From the NCBI GenBank assembly GCA_043228905.1, contig JBHGNT010000005.1, positions 7,192,001 to 7,256,000 of the forward strand: a stretch of 64,000 bases of DNA, written 5' to 3'. Under the pieces are notes generated by a model. The model saw only the letters and a list, made by a program, of their open reading frames with translations. It searched no databases and was not told the origin of the DNA. Shown in pieces: positions 51,330-64,000 of this stretch. The position numbers were made by a program, and so were the translations under genes. Every line of letters begins with the position of its first letter. Position 1 is the first letter of the stretch. This DNA comes from Azolla caroliniana (lineage: Eukaryota; Plantae; Polypodiophyta).

Positions 51330-52950
51330 ATTGCAACAATAGAAAATATGAGTATCACGAGTGTACAGAAACATTCTTAATTTGCAGTTGTATAAGTTGG
51401 TTAGAAAAGTAACTTTATTGTCAAATTTTGCTCAATAGACATTATCCTAGGCCTACTTGCCAATTTAAAAACCATGTCATCTTGCTCATGGATGCTAATC
51501 ATTAGGATTTAGTGTTTTGGGAAACTAGATGGACATATTAGAGGATGCCAATTCACTTCCTATCTTCTAAAATATTGGGTGGATGCATTCCAATGCATAA
51601 AATGGAGAGGAAGACATTCCAAATCAAGGAATTATTCGTTCCAACAATACCACAACCTATTTGACCCTAAGCATGTTACTATTGTTAAAGAAGAGATCGA
51701 CAAACTACTATATATCTGCTTCATTTGACCCTTAAGGAAGCCCGATAGTTGTTGTGCCCAAGAAGGACATGATGAATCCGAATCTCTACTAACAGTAGCA
51801 ATCTCAACACAACCATCATTTGTGATATGTTTCCCTTATTGCTCACCAATAAGCATCGTTGACACAATCATCAAACATGAATATGTATACTTTCTTGGAT
51901 GGAATCAACGACTACAATCATATCCCATTGGTGCCAACATGTCAAGATAACAAGTTAAAACCACACACTTCTTGGGGTGTGTGTGTGTGTATGTTAAAGC
52001 CCACCACTCACTTGGTGAATGGGATATGCCTTTGCATTGAAGTGGATACCATGAACACTTTAGATATCCAAGTCACTCCCCCATCATTACTAGATTGTTC
52101 TTTAACTTCTATGTAGGTTTGCAAGTATTTTCATAAGAAAGTGGTCATTGACCAACATGCGACCCTTGTAGAGGAAATAGTAGCATGCACTAAGAACCAA
52201 CTCAGTGCAATAGAGAAACACCTCTAAATAGTCTTCATCAAAGACAATGCCTTCTCCACGCCATGACCGAACAAGCGATTGATACAGAGTAGTGCAACAT
52301 CAAAGCATACTCAAACCCACAACCAACACTTCACAACTCCCCACGCATTAACTCGTGGTCATTGTTGATTTCATGATGATACTCAAGGGAAGACACAATA
52401 CACAGATCATGGCATTTCAAAAGGACCACAATGACATGCTACAAGGGTCAACATATTCATCCAACGGAAAAGCTCAAAGCAACAAATATCACCACCGCCA
52501 ATACAAATGTCCTACCTACAAATTGCAACCCATCAAGCCTCAACCACATCAAGCCTCAACGCATGAATTAGGTGATGCATCAGGCACAACGTAGTTGGAC
52601 CAATACATCTTTGATCTTTACCTTATACACACGAACCATTAAAACTAAAAGTTCACGAACAAAGTGGTCTACCTCTTTGACGTCGATAAAGTAACAAAAA
52701 ATCAATCCAAATATTGAAGTGGGTATATCAAGCTTTTTATTCACTACCATATCCAAACTCAAAAGCTCCTCGAATATTTTTATGAGGCCTATAGAGAGGG
52801 AACTAGTGAGCTACAATTTAAGGCTCATTCTACCAAACCACTCCCCATCAACCAAACGAGCCCAACAAAACCAAATATACCCATCAATGGTATTGCTCTT
52901 GAGGATGCACCTAAATGTGCAATGAAATAGCTCCCCCACCCCAATTTATA
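51330..52950 (+). mobile_element. Old decayed Gypsy pol remnant next to the inverted-LTR element (probably its insertion target)
   Basis: agcccgatagttgttgtgcccaagaag encodes SPIVVVPKK (~51739); DMFPL (~51824) and YTFLDGINDYNHI (~51885) are RT domain motifs. Many stops and frameshifts. Confidence 0.65.
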
Positions 52951-53849
52951 ATCTCAAATTTGGGGAACATCGACAACACAATAACCCAAAATTGTTTTGT
53001 TTTTTGGGGTCATTCATGACTAAGTCGTCGTTGCATGAGCTAGGTAGGTGTTAGTCATCATTATAAGTTTTTGTTCTTGAACCCGATGTATAAAGACTGT
53101 GTAATTGGGTCACTTTTGTAACTAGTTCATGTACTATATGTAAATTAGTGATATAGGACAAGCAACATTTTTGACATTTCAATAGCCTTCCCTTAGGAAA
53201 AATAAATATACTTTGGTGTAAGCTCAATAAGAGCCAAACAAAGTTAAGAATGCAAAGAATTGACGATGACGCAAACACAATCTCTCCTCCTCTACTCAAA
53301 TAAACCAAGTGCTTCTCGATACTTGACTACAATAGACTTTCACGACGGACACCGTTCACTATATTCGAGGATAAAATTGTATATAAATTTGAGTTACATG
53401 TTGATCTTCATTGTGATTTTCTCCCCTATTGTTGATAAAAGGACACAATTATATCAATTGTATGTAAAAACCATTGCTACAACTTCTTACCCTTCTCTAC
53501 CTATGTAGGTAGAGGGATATTTTGAAAAGTTATTAGAAACCTAAAATATGCATACATGGATATGATACCCACATGCTCCAATGCCAAAAATTCCATATGA
53601 GAATCCCTACCATCAAACACGAAAGTGTTACACAAATTCCAATTGTGCTACACTCCCCCATATCATAAAAATTGGAAAAAGATCTCAAGCTCATCATTTG
53701 GATAATTTTGAACATATTGAGCAAAAACCCATTGTTGAGGTATAAAATAAAAACGAGATAACACTTGCCAAATCTCTAATATTTTTATTTTTATTTTTAT
53801 TTTTATTTTCCAAAAAAGAATATACTCCATTAGTTAAAATATACATGAA

Positions 53850-54520
53850 CACGATCCCTTTCTCAGGTAGGCCGTGCCAAGATTATCCTAGCCTACATAC
53901 GAGAGATCTCACTTATTTATCTTACACTTTTACATATGACTCAAGCCATCCTTACAGATACATCACCTACCTTCACTATCCCACTTGCCATGTCTTTCAC
54001 GCCCCTCGTTCAACTAATGGGAGGGGGAAACAACCATCTGGGTACATCATACTTCCATAGTATATCCATTCCATTTGCTGCGGCCATCGGTGTCGTACAC
54101 CATCTTTTTCGAAAATTCAGCCTCATTAGGTCTGCAGCATCATTAGTACCATTAATCCGCTCATATTGAGCTATAGAGCATTTAATGAACCTGCATGTCT
54201 TGTATTCCAATGGAATGGTACAAAAGAAACATGTACCAGCCTAATGGGAGTCCACCAATCATATATGAATACATTTGCATGAAATGGCAAATGGGAATGC
54301 TTACCATGTTGCAATATTTGCCACCACCTTGCATTTGACTTAATTATATTCCATACCTTTTTTGCTTTAGGTGATAGCCAATGCAAGTATACAATCACTA
54401 AATTGTAATAATTGTGTATCATCCGTTAACCACCAATCCACCCAAAGTGAACCATTTGCTTTTATTGGCAAAGATCGGGGCAACAATGGTATATCTTGTA
54501 ATTTATCCCAAATAAATTCA
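53850..54520 (-). mobile_element. Possible LINE ORF2 C-terminal remnant
   Basis: Trp-rich fragmented ORFs 54010-54210 and 54171-54422 end near an A-rich (minus-strand) tract. No diagnostic catalytic motif was seen. Confidence 0.3.
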
Positions 54521-54619
54521 TAAATTGAGAAATACATAACCATTGTTTAGCATCTTCAATTTTGAAGCAACCTTTGAGATTCTGTAACAACCATATCCGT
54601 CACTTCTAAACTCCCAATC

Positions 54620-54622
<3 letters not shown>

Positions 54623-54692
<70 letters not shown>

Positions 54693-54822
54693 CATACCTT
54701 AGCTTGAAGGTGATTTTCATCCACTTGCTATTTTTTTCTCTAGAAAACACGTTGCATTTCCTATTCTATGGGCCTTTCTTCGCCACAACTAAAATTTTGG
54801 AGTTTTTCTATCACCTATCAAT

Positions 54823-54856
<34 letters not shown>
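54623..54856. repeat. (AC)n(TC)n and (TC)n microsatellites
   Basis: Directly visible at 54623-54686 and 54828-54856. Confidence 0.95.
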
Positions 54857-54859
<3 letters not shown>

Positions 54860-57325
54860 CACACATAGACACCTATAAAACACATGCATCTATGTACGTT
54901 TGTTGCATGAGAACCACCTATTTAATGCTCAATATCTTCAAATTATCTTCCTTTTCTCTTATATCATCAAGGGCACCTATGTTCACATTGGTTGAGTAAG
55001 GCCCCACACTAGGCAATTATGTCTAATGCCAAAGATGCCACCACTTTACAATTGCCAACACCCTAATAATGCCAACCTTATCATTGCTATTGGCTCTCAT
55101 TGGGTTGTCATTTCCATGGGCCTTGTTGTTTCTAAGGATGTTATTATCACAAAGCCACTATCATTATCATCGTGCCACTAATGAAGTTGTTGTTGCCATT
55201 GGGATGTTGCATGGCCTCCCAAGCAATGTTCATATCCTCCAATAGATAGATTTTGGGCATTTTCAACCATCTAGATGTGTTGCACTTGGAAGATATTTGG
55301 TGAAAAACCAATCACAAAAAGTTTGATTAATTACTTAATCCCTTAAACAAACTTTATTCAATTGTCTACAACTCAAGGACATCCCATTTCAAACTCACAT
55401 TCTTTATGTTGAGTTCTTCTAAGCACTTTAGTGGCCACTAGAAGCAAAGGCTACTCTTAACTTCTAAACTTCCAAAGTACACATCAAGCTTCCCCAAAAT
55501 CCTAAAAATATTCTGATACAAGTTTTGAAATGCCATGCGGAAATTGAAACCAAGAAGCATATGGGAACTTAAGTATTTTTGTCATCTAGCCAAGTTTCGT
55601 CTTATCATTGAAAATTATTGCGGTCCTAATCAACAATTGAGCATCTTAATTTTGTGAGGTTCAAGCTCAAGCTTTTTAAAGCAAACCATTCTAGTTTGCA
55701 AATGAAGAAGAGTGATTAAGCTTGGATTTAATATCGTGGAAAGGCATCCTTTTGTGGCATCTATACTTTTGTATCTATGCTTAATCAGGAGTCATTGAAT
55801 ATGCTAAAGTTTCACACCAGCAAAGAGAACGTTTCAATCTAAAACCTCCCACCAAAGATCTTCAATAAACCTAGACTAAATGAGTTCATGTTCTTTAAGT
55901 GTTGGCTTAGACATTAACTTTGGACATTAGACAATTTTCAAGCTTCATTGGGGCATGGATGAGGCTAACTTAAAATGGAGCACTCATACCAATATCGTGA
56001 CTTTTTCATGCAACGACGACTAAGGGATACACTCAACTTTCTCTTCGAGATGTGTGTAAGAGAGAGTGTACTCTCTTAAGGCTATAAAGATAGGACAAAG
56101 GCAAGTGGAAAGTTGATAAAGCCTACAAAGTTAGAACAAATTCAAATGGAAACCAATCGATTTTCGAGATTGCAAGGCCTCCCTTAAAAATGGGTCTACA
56201 ATTTGAAGATTCTGTGAAATAAAAAGCTCATCTCCTAGGAAAGGTTTTTAAGAACAAGTTGACATCGAAATTATATTTCCTCCCATTATCAAAATATCCA
56301 TTCTTTTGTGTCTCCTTGCACTAGTTGCCATGCATGTCATGCAAGTGTACAAATGGATTTAAAAAAGCTGTTTCTGATCTCCATGAAGAAAATTGAATGA
56401 GCATTAGGGCAACTCTTTTCCTTGCATACAGCCTATGCACGTACCTTATTCATATTCATATCACTGTACAATATATTTAACTCAAGCATGGGCGTATCCC
56501 ATCCCATTGATTTCTGTTAAGTATGCCGTCATAAAGACTTCCTAGCAAATATTCTTCATTGAGTTGTAATGTGAGTTACTAGATATTATTCTGCAATTGC
56601 ACATTGTGGAAGATTTACAAATGAATACATTGTTCGAGTAGCATGTTTAATTGCACTTAGATTAGAACTATCATTGCATAAAGTTAGAAATCAGTGTTGT
56701 TATTGAGTTTGAAAAGGGAGAACACCATCTCATATTTATATCATCACATAAATTTAGCAATTGTTGTTGTTGAGTTTGAAAAGGGAGAACGCAATCTCGT
56801 ATCACTCCATAAAAACATGCGAGGACATACATTCTGATTTACCAATGTAACTTTCCTACAAAATTAAGATCATATGATGCTTACAATAACCATCCATTCT
56901 GCAAAATGATTTGAAATGTGCTTGACCCACAATGTAGCTAAACAAATTTTTACTGCTGTACGCATTACTCAAATCTGGTTACAAGACAAGCACCCATAGT
57001 TGGGGTTCTGGGTTTATCCGTCTGGTTTTACTGGCTACTGGATCATTACTACTCTTACATGCCAATTTTCGGCTGAAAACCCTCGCCTTGTTGAACAATT
57101 GCATGAGGCAATAATAAAGTTTCTATAATAATAAAAAGAGACTGATCCCTGGAAAATATGCACAGCAAGACTCAGGGAAACTGATATATGAAGTACGCAA
57201 AAAACAGTGACTGATGAAAGAGTTCCTTTCAATGTCTATGCCATAGCCTGTCTCATTATCAAATCCAGAGGTGAACCTTCAGGAGCAGCGAAATGCTGTC
57301 TAATTTACTTTATCCATTCAATGTA

Positions 57326-58903
57326 TCAAATGGCACCAACCCGTGATGAAAGAACATAGTGAACATTACTACAGTTGCTTTCGATATGTCCATTTGAAGG
57401 CATCTTGGAATCGGACGATTCCATTCTGACCACATTTGATTCTTTTCGAGCCCCAATGGAATGATTAAAGATTGCTGGACACGAATCCAAATCCTCACAG
57501 ATGTTTATATTGCTCGATAGGTCTTGCATTTTTTGTTCGAATATACTCTCATGTAGATTCTTCCTCACAAATCTATTGTTGAAGGATGTTCGTGCTTCTT
57601 TAGCTTCTTTGATAATTTCTTCACCCAGTCTTTTCTTCAGTGCCCTATCTGGGTGATGGTGGCTACTGACATCTCCCTCTTCTTCCATCATCTGCTTTGC
57701 TTTGATGATCAACGGATACGAATCCACATCTTCATTGGTGGTTGAATTACTTGCTAAGACTGGCATTCTATGCTCAAAGGTACTTGGATGTAGGTTCACT
57801 CTTGCAAATTTATTGCCAAAAGATCTTCCTTCATTAACTTCTTTTATAATCTCCTCACCCTGCCTTTTCTTCAGTGCCCTCTCTGGGTGATTGCTTCTAT
57901 TACTATCTTTCTCTTCTTCTACTATCTGCTTTGCTAGAGTTTCGCGGGCTTCTTTCTGAGCCTTAATCCTCTCTCTTTTCACCATCTCATATGTCTCTTG
58001 TACAATTTCTGCAGTTGCTTTTGCTACTGCCTTGTACTTAGCCAGACGGTCGGCAGAGTGATTTCCCCATAGAAATCTAAAACCTGAAGGAAAAAATGTC
58101 TTCCTTTGGTGACTATTTACTTGAGACAAATTAACTTTGAATGTTGCTGCACTGGCTTGGCCCCAACCAAAGCTACTACCATATTTCGCCGCCAATTGCT
58201 CCTCTGAAGAAACTGTTTTGCCACAACCTGGGCATGAGATCTTGACATCAGAGTTAAGCTCACTGTTAAGATTACACTCAATCTCCATCTTGCAAAATGG
58301 GCAAGAGTTCCTGGACACTTCTCTTTCTTTAAATTTCATAGAATGGTAGGATGGAGTGAAATGATAAAAACCTCTCATTGGATTACTTGCTGGAGACCAA
58401 GACTTTGAAGCCATCCTTTTTGCATCATGATCAGCTTTTCTTTCTTTATCCGAAAGCACATGCCATGCCTCTGAGACAAGTTTGAATGCACCCTCTGCCC
58501 CCATGGCTTTATTCTTATCCGGGTGCAAAATAAGTGCAAGCTTTCTGTATTGTTTCCTAATCATAGCTTGATCTGCATCAGCATCTATCTGAAGGATTTC
58601 ATACCAATTTGCTTTCACTCCATCCACCTTCTTCTGTTGAGCTACAATATAAACATCTAGAACTGCTAAGAACTGAGGGATCCCTTCAAGCTCTGGACAT
58701 AGGCACTGAGCTTTCAATGCTGAGCATTTTGCTCCCACAAGGTCATGTTGAAGAAACTTCTGCTCGGCTATGGCCCTTGAGCGTTGAGCCTCATCTTTGT
58801 TGTTGCACTGCATAGAGCTTTCTTGACCATTTCTTAGAGACCAAGTTCTCTGTAGAAATTCACCATATCCATCTTTCATGTTGAAAGAACCCATCACATC
58901 CAT
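57326..58903 (-). CDS. Plant J-domain (DnaJ N-terminal domain) protein, intronless CDS
   Basis: 525-aa ORF. MQCNNKDEAQRSRAIAEQKF matches the family N-terminus MECNKDEAxRAKxIAE, so the true start may be 58813. J-domain WYEILQI...IRKQYRKLALILHPDKN...AEGAFKLVSEAWHVLSD; CPFC...CPGC zinc ribbon; duplicated C-terminal segment. Confidence 0.9.
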   Translation of the reverse strand: MDVMGSFNMKDGYGEFLQRTWSLRNGQESSMQCNNKDEAQRSRAIAEQKFLQHDLVGAKCSALKAQCLCPELEGIPQFLAVLDVYIVAQQKKVDGVKANWYEILQIDADADQAMIRKQYRKLALILHPDKNKAMGAEGAFKLVSEAWHVLSDKERKADHDAKRMASKSWSPASNPMRGFYHFTPSYHSMKFKEREVSRNSCPFCKMEIECNLNSELNSDVKISCPGCGKTVSSEEQLAAKYGSSFGWGQASAATFKVNLSQVNSHQRKTFFPSGFRFLWGNHSADRLAKYKAVAKATAEIVQETYEMVKRERIKAQKEARETLAKQIVEEEKDSNRSNHPERALKKRQGEEIIKEVNEGRSFGNKFARVNLHPSTFEHRMPVLASNSTTNEDVDSYPLIIKAKQMMEEEGDVSSHHHPDRALKKRLGEEIIKEAKEARTSFNNRFVRKNLHESIFEQKMQDLSSNINICEDLDSCPAIFNHSIGARKESNVVRMESSDSKMPSNGHIESNCSNVHYVLSSRVGAI

Positions 58904-59460
58904 CTTTCATGTGAAAAAAAGCTTGTTAATGTGGTAATTATTAAAATTAGGCTCACTTGACCATTTTAGCCCATGAAGATATTCAACATATCCATATTTC
59001 GTGTGCAAAGAAGAATGCCTAAGCCACCATCTCCGAATTTCATGTGGACAGAAGCATGCTTAACCCACCACATCCATCTTTCACGTGGAAATAAGATTGG
59101 CTTTCTGATGCTATTAAAAAACTATCTTGATTTTTTCCAAGGTTAGAGGTCTTTATAATGATTCACCATATCCATCTTTCATGTGAAAAGAAACCTCTCA
59201 AGCTACCATATCTACATATGATGAGGAAAGAAACACCTCAAGTTCATATCCATCTTTCCAGTGGAAAGATGCATGTTAATCTGATATTTAGAAGGCTTCC
59301 TTCACCATTTCTCAGAGACTCGGGTCTGTGTAGTGATTCATCATATTGATCTTTCATGTGGAAAGAAGCATCTAAAGCCAGTATTCTGGACACCTTTCAT
59401 GTGGAAAGAAGCATCTTAAGCCAATATTATGAACATCTTTCAAGTGGAAAGAACCATGTT
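58860..59460. repeat. Degenerate short repeat array in the 5' leader of the J-domain gene
   Basis: cat(c/a)...catctttca(t/c/a)gt(g)gaaagaa(g/c)cat recurs about 9-10 times. Confidence 0.8.
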
Positions 59461-60176
59461 GCTTTGCATCGGTGAGGTATTTCAAAATCTATCTTGATCT
59501 TCTGCCTATATTAAGCAAAGAAATGAAAAATAGATAAACACAAGGGCATGCACCTGTGAGAGAAACGGACAGTTTGTCAGGACAAAAGAGAGGAATCCGG
59601 CTGTCACAGAAGAAGATAAATTCTTAATCGATTCGATTCAGAAGAACCCTAACTCCCTGCTTTTTGTCTGCTACTGCGATGAACAGAAACCTTAAATCTC
59701 CAGGGAGAGAGGGGGCAGGGATATTCAACTTTTTTCACAGAAAGTTTCTAATCCCGAGGAATTCAGGGTGAAAAAAAATCCAAAATTTTCCACAGAAGGA
59801 GACGAATACTGAAACGAAACCCTAATTCTCTGAGAATTTTTTTTGTTGTGATGCTGCGATGACTAGAAGACCTAATTATTCGCCAGAGAGAACGAGAAGA
59901 AGAATCCACAGCCTAACAGAGGAGGAAGAAGAAGGGGAAGAGTATTGATTGACCCGCGATAATTGCTTCCACAGGGGTCTCGTAATCACTGAATTCACAG
60001 CAGGAAACCCTAATCTTGCATTTGGTCTGCTCTTGAAGCAGAAAACAGAAGAAACAGGGGAAAGGAGGAAGGCAAGGAATTGGAGGTATTTTATTTACTG
60101 GATTTATATATTTCTTTTATTTTCCTATTTTATATGTTTAGAAATCCCCTGTTTTTTCTGTGAAGCTCTCCATGGA

Positions 60177-60373
60177 CACGTGGCAAAGCAGAGGGGGAAA
60201 TATCAAGCCTTTTCTTCCTTTTTTTGGCCCTTCTCTTTCTGCACCTCACTATGGTTGACACGTGGCTTGCCACGTCATTGCTACGCGGACAAAAAAGCCC
60301 CTGCCACGTAGTTAGACCCCCCCAATGACATGTCAGCTCCACGTTCTCCATTACCACGTGGTATAGACACGTC
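60177..60373. promoter_or_regulatory. Cluster of seven CACGT (G-box/ABRE-like) cores upstream of the J-domain gene
   Basis: CACGTG at 60177, 60259 and 60355; CACGTC at 60271 and 60368; CACGTA at 60305; CACGTT at 60340. Confidence 0.65.
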
Positions 60374-60529
60374 ATCCCTTTCTTACAAAGTAAAGACTCT
60401 ACTCTTCTCGTATATGTTGAGAGAGAGCGAGAGATAGAGAGAGAGAGAGAGAAAATCGGTAAGGTTCCAATGGGGACTAACAATCGACAACGGTTCGAAC
60501 CGAACCAAACCGCGAAACTGCGGCTTAAT

Positions 60530-60660
60530 GGTTTAAACAGTACATTCCGCAATGGCATCTCGTAAATTAAGAAATTTATATGGAGTAATAGAGAGGTGAG
60601 AAAATAGGGTTTCGAACCCACCCAAGAGGTAGTGCTAGTAACTTACCACTAGTGTAAGCT
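60530..60660 (-). mobile_element. Second copy of the tRNA-derived SINE-like repeat
   Basis: The minus strand agcttacactagtggtaagtt...gcactac...gggttcgaaaccc...ctcacctctctatta...ttaatttacgagatgcca aligns with 41640-41765. Confidence 0.65.
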
Positions 60661-61101
60661 ATTTACGACAAGACAAAGAGAGAGAGACATCCTCAAGGCC
60701 TTGATCCTCAACGACGAAACTTGGAGGCATAATTTTAACCCTATTATGAATCAACTCTTCCAATCGGCAAAACATGTATCTATCACATCCTAGAACCTCA
60801 ATGACAAGCATTAGAGGCATAGTTCTAATCATTATATGAATTAGCTTTGCACTTTTGGAAAGTGACATATAGAAGCATCTCATTTGCCAAGTGTATGGAT
60901 TGCGATTTGTATGGTGGCTCTCATCCAATCCTAATATAAACATGATATTTGTCATTGCCAAGTTGAACATGTCAAGAGATGTAATGAAATATGAAAAATT
61001 ACAAATGTAACCATTAAGTTTATAAATAAGTCACCATTCATTCCTATTTCACTACGTTAATTACTAAATTAGCATAATCAAACAACAACTATTGGGATAC
61101 T

Positions 61102-64000
61102 TGTTATAGGCATGACCATATAAAATATCCCGTGGTAAGATTGTACCGTAGTATTCTATACACGTGGATAAAGTGTGAGGGCTAAACGAGTGTGTAAAGA
61201 AGGGAAGGATTACTTTTGATCCTTGGGATTGAGATAACCCATTAAGGCCAAGTGTGAACTTGCTTGGGGGCCTTAGGTGTGGCTATAAATATGAGGCCTA
61301 GCTACCCTCATTTGACATCCCTCAACTACGTCAAGACTCTATCCTTGTGGTGGATCAACTCTTGTAGCGAGCATTCTAGTACCAGGTACGCCACGACGCC
61401 ACGACGCCACGATGGTGGTATGGGATGCCGATCGAGGCTCGAGTCTGTCTCGATCCCTTCGCTCGAGGGTGGTCGGGTGGATTGGCACCCTTCTTTCTCT
61501 CTCCGCTCTTATTTTTCTATCCTTTAATTGTTTATCATATGCCTACATTAGGATCTAGCTCTAACTGTTGGTATCCAAGCTTTTATTCTAATGTTTCTTT
61601 TGTTGATTGTTTTTTATTATTCTTGTTGGATGGTGATCAATCGATGTGTGATCGATCTTGATCGAGATAGCTATCAACAACGGAACTTCAATAACTCTTT
61701 CTTAATTTTTTTCTATTATTTCTTCTCCCAATCTAATCATGTATAAGTCAATATTTAAATTTTCTCATTGATTCAATTATGTTGTACAGTGATAATAATT
61801 GGTTGTATAAAACATATACATATGTGTATGAGGTCAATACCTCATTTGACAAAATATTGGATATGTGATTTGTGTCGTATGTGTACGAGGTTAATACCTC
61901 AATTGCGTGTTATGTTCACATACATATGTTATGTATGCGTATGAGGTCAATACCTCAATAATTGCGATTTGTGTTGTATGCGTAAGAGGTCAATACCTCA
62001 ATTGCGTATTATGTTCATCCTTATTTTGGGTGTTTCGTGTGCATAGAGGCTATATTCCTCGATTACATCATTTGTTGGCTATGTTATGTTACGATTTTTT
62101 AAATATATGCATATGTAATCACGTGTATATGTATTCAATCGTGTACACATGATAAACATAAATATGTGTATATTAGTGTTTATTACGTGATTTTGGAATA
62201 TCGAACATTGTTCTTTTCGGGGAAAGGATCTTGGTGGTTGTCCTCACATTTTTGTGAGAATGGTGTAGTCACCATCCTTTTTCAACAAATGTTTTTGTTG
62301 TTGTCATCCCCGTTGGTCACACGATTTCACTACACGTTAGAATGAAACAATCGTAGCCACAATGATGTTGTGAGCGTTAGGGCTTGATCCACTTCATGTG
62401 AGGTCGCTCCTATGACACACACATCCAACATCCCTCCCTTGTTACATGGTTACGATGCCACCATGAGATCATCATTACGGAAGGCATTCATAATGATGTA
62501 ACAATGTGATGGGCCACGTGGACCTACTACGAAAAGAGGGCTCATGTGGCTTGACCATTAGGTTGCAGTTTGGGGTATGTCATTGTAATGATGAGACTTG
62601 AGGTTGGGTAATGTACATACATAGTTTTGAATCTTGTTAACAAGGGGGAAATAAGGTTTCCAGACACATGTATTCTTTTAAAAAACATATATGGACAAAT
62701 GCCTTTGCATATCTCTCATATGTATGATATTCAATACGAGCAACCTATTTGGTTAGTTCAGGTGTTTAATGGCTCTGTTCTGAGGTCTCGAGTTCAAGTA
62801 TGACCAAGACCATACAACATTATTGATACATGTATATGACTATAAAACATGTTTAGACTTTAGGTCTAAGTGCACTTTGGGGTCCTCGTAATAGGACTTA
62901 AAGCGCCGAAACCACATGGGTGGGGACAGAGACATAGTTTATTGTTAACATTTTCTCATGTATAAACTATTCATGATGCGAACATACATAGTTAAGCCTC
63001 GGGGAGCCGCCATAAAAAAATTGATGTAGAGATCATGGAAAGACATTCATTTGTCACCCCCATTGTTTTTAAAACACCTTTGTGTTACCATAGTAACATG
63101 ATCTTGAACCTCATCTGATACGCACGTGAGATCATGATATCGATTAATGTTTGTCCACGATATGTTTACATCTCGACATGATGTTATAACTATTTGTCTG
63201 ACCTTATCCTATTTCTTTGCCAGAAATTATCATTCAATGGCTCATAATAACAACCCGATGGCATCCGCCCAAGCGGAGGGAATTCAAGGAAATCCTCCTT
63301 GGCCAATCCCCATTGAGTCATACTTTTTACAAATACAAAATTTCCTTAATTCTACCTTGCACAAGATTTCCGAACTTTGGCAATCTCATAGTGCTCTTGA
63401 GGCCCATGTCATTAGTATACAACGTGATACTAATAGACCTGATGAGCACCAATGGGAACCATCATCTGTCGTAAAGCCATTAACGGGAGAAAAGGAAAAA
63501 ATCAAAGAAGCAATCTGCACGTGATTGGGTAGATATGAGTCTCATTTTGAGATCTATCCCAAGCCAGATAGTATGAAGATTGCATATGTTGGTTGAGAAC
63601 TAGGGGGTAAGGCCACTACTTGGTGGCGTGACCTCCGCACTTTGGGGAAATTGCCAGATACCTAGACAAACTTTATCAAGGTTTTCAAGGGTAACCTCCA
63701 TCTCGAATCGAGGCAACACAAACTTTAATGAACCTCTCTAGCTAGAAGTTTTCCTCACTAGAAGACTACGTTCACCATGCTAGAACCCAAATCCAAAAAT
63801 CGGGTCTAGAAGGGGACAATTAGTTGATAGCTTGTTTTGTAATGGCATCCCCAATTCATACTATCACTGGATAGTGCACGATAAGGATCCCAAATCCTTC
63901 GAAGAGGTTGTTGAAATAGTTCTTTGTTATCAACGCACTTTGAAGAAGGACCATAACAAACTCGAAGCGCCTGGGACTAAGCAATCGCAATTCGCTGGGA
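61102..64000 (+). mobile_element. 5' part of a degenerate Gypsy LTR retrotransposon (LTR, iMet PBS, long leader, broken gag), running off the window
   Basis: TATAAAT at ~61285. PBS TGGTATCCAAGC (61569-61580) matches 10/12 of the iMet PBS TGGTATCAGAGC. Gag-like KIAYVG*ELGGKATTWWRDL at ~63577-63635. The LTR start is uncertain (61102 or 61142). Confidence 0.7.

Overview
This is nuclear DNA from a land plant. It is AT-rich with TE-filled introns; a seed-free plant such as a fern is plausible but cannot be proven from the window. Five host genes can be reconstructed: a 16-exon SAC1/FIG4-type phosphoinositide phosphatase (+, 1127-17742), a 3-exon U-box/ARM E3 ligase of the PUB43/44 (SAUL1) type (-, 20006-25141), a 12-exon vacuolar sorting receptor (-, 30222-35691), a 3-exon mitochondrial Fe-S scaffold ISU (-, 44353-47850) and a J-domain protein with an intronless CDS (-, 57326-58903). 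Between and within them are LINE, Copia and Gypsy remnants, tandem duplications and microsatellites. The standout is a young 2,296-bp Gypsy-derived element (49023-51318). Its two 242-bp LTRs are INVERTED rather than direct (2 mismatches), yet the whole unit has TG...CA ends and a 4-bp target-site duplication (GTAT). It keeps gag, a -1 frameshift signal and protease but has lost RT/RNase H and most of integrase, so it is a retroelement with DNA-transposon architecture. Other notable items: a minisatellite built from an exon end plus its splice donor in the VSR gene, a two-headed tRNA-like repeat present twice, and a dense ABRE/G-box cluster. Exon boundaries were read by eye from GT/AG sites and protein similarity recalled from memory; no database searches were run.
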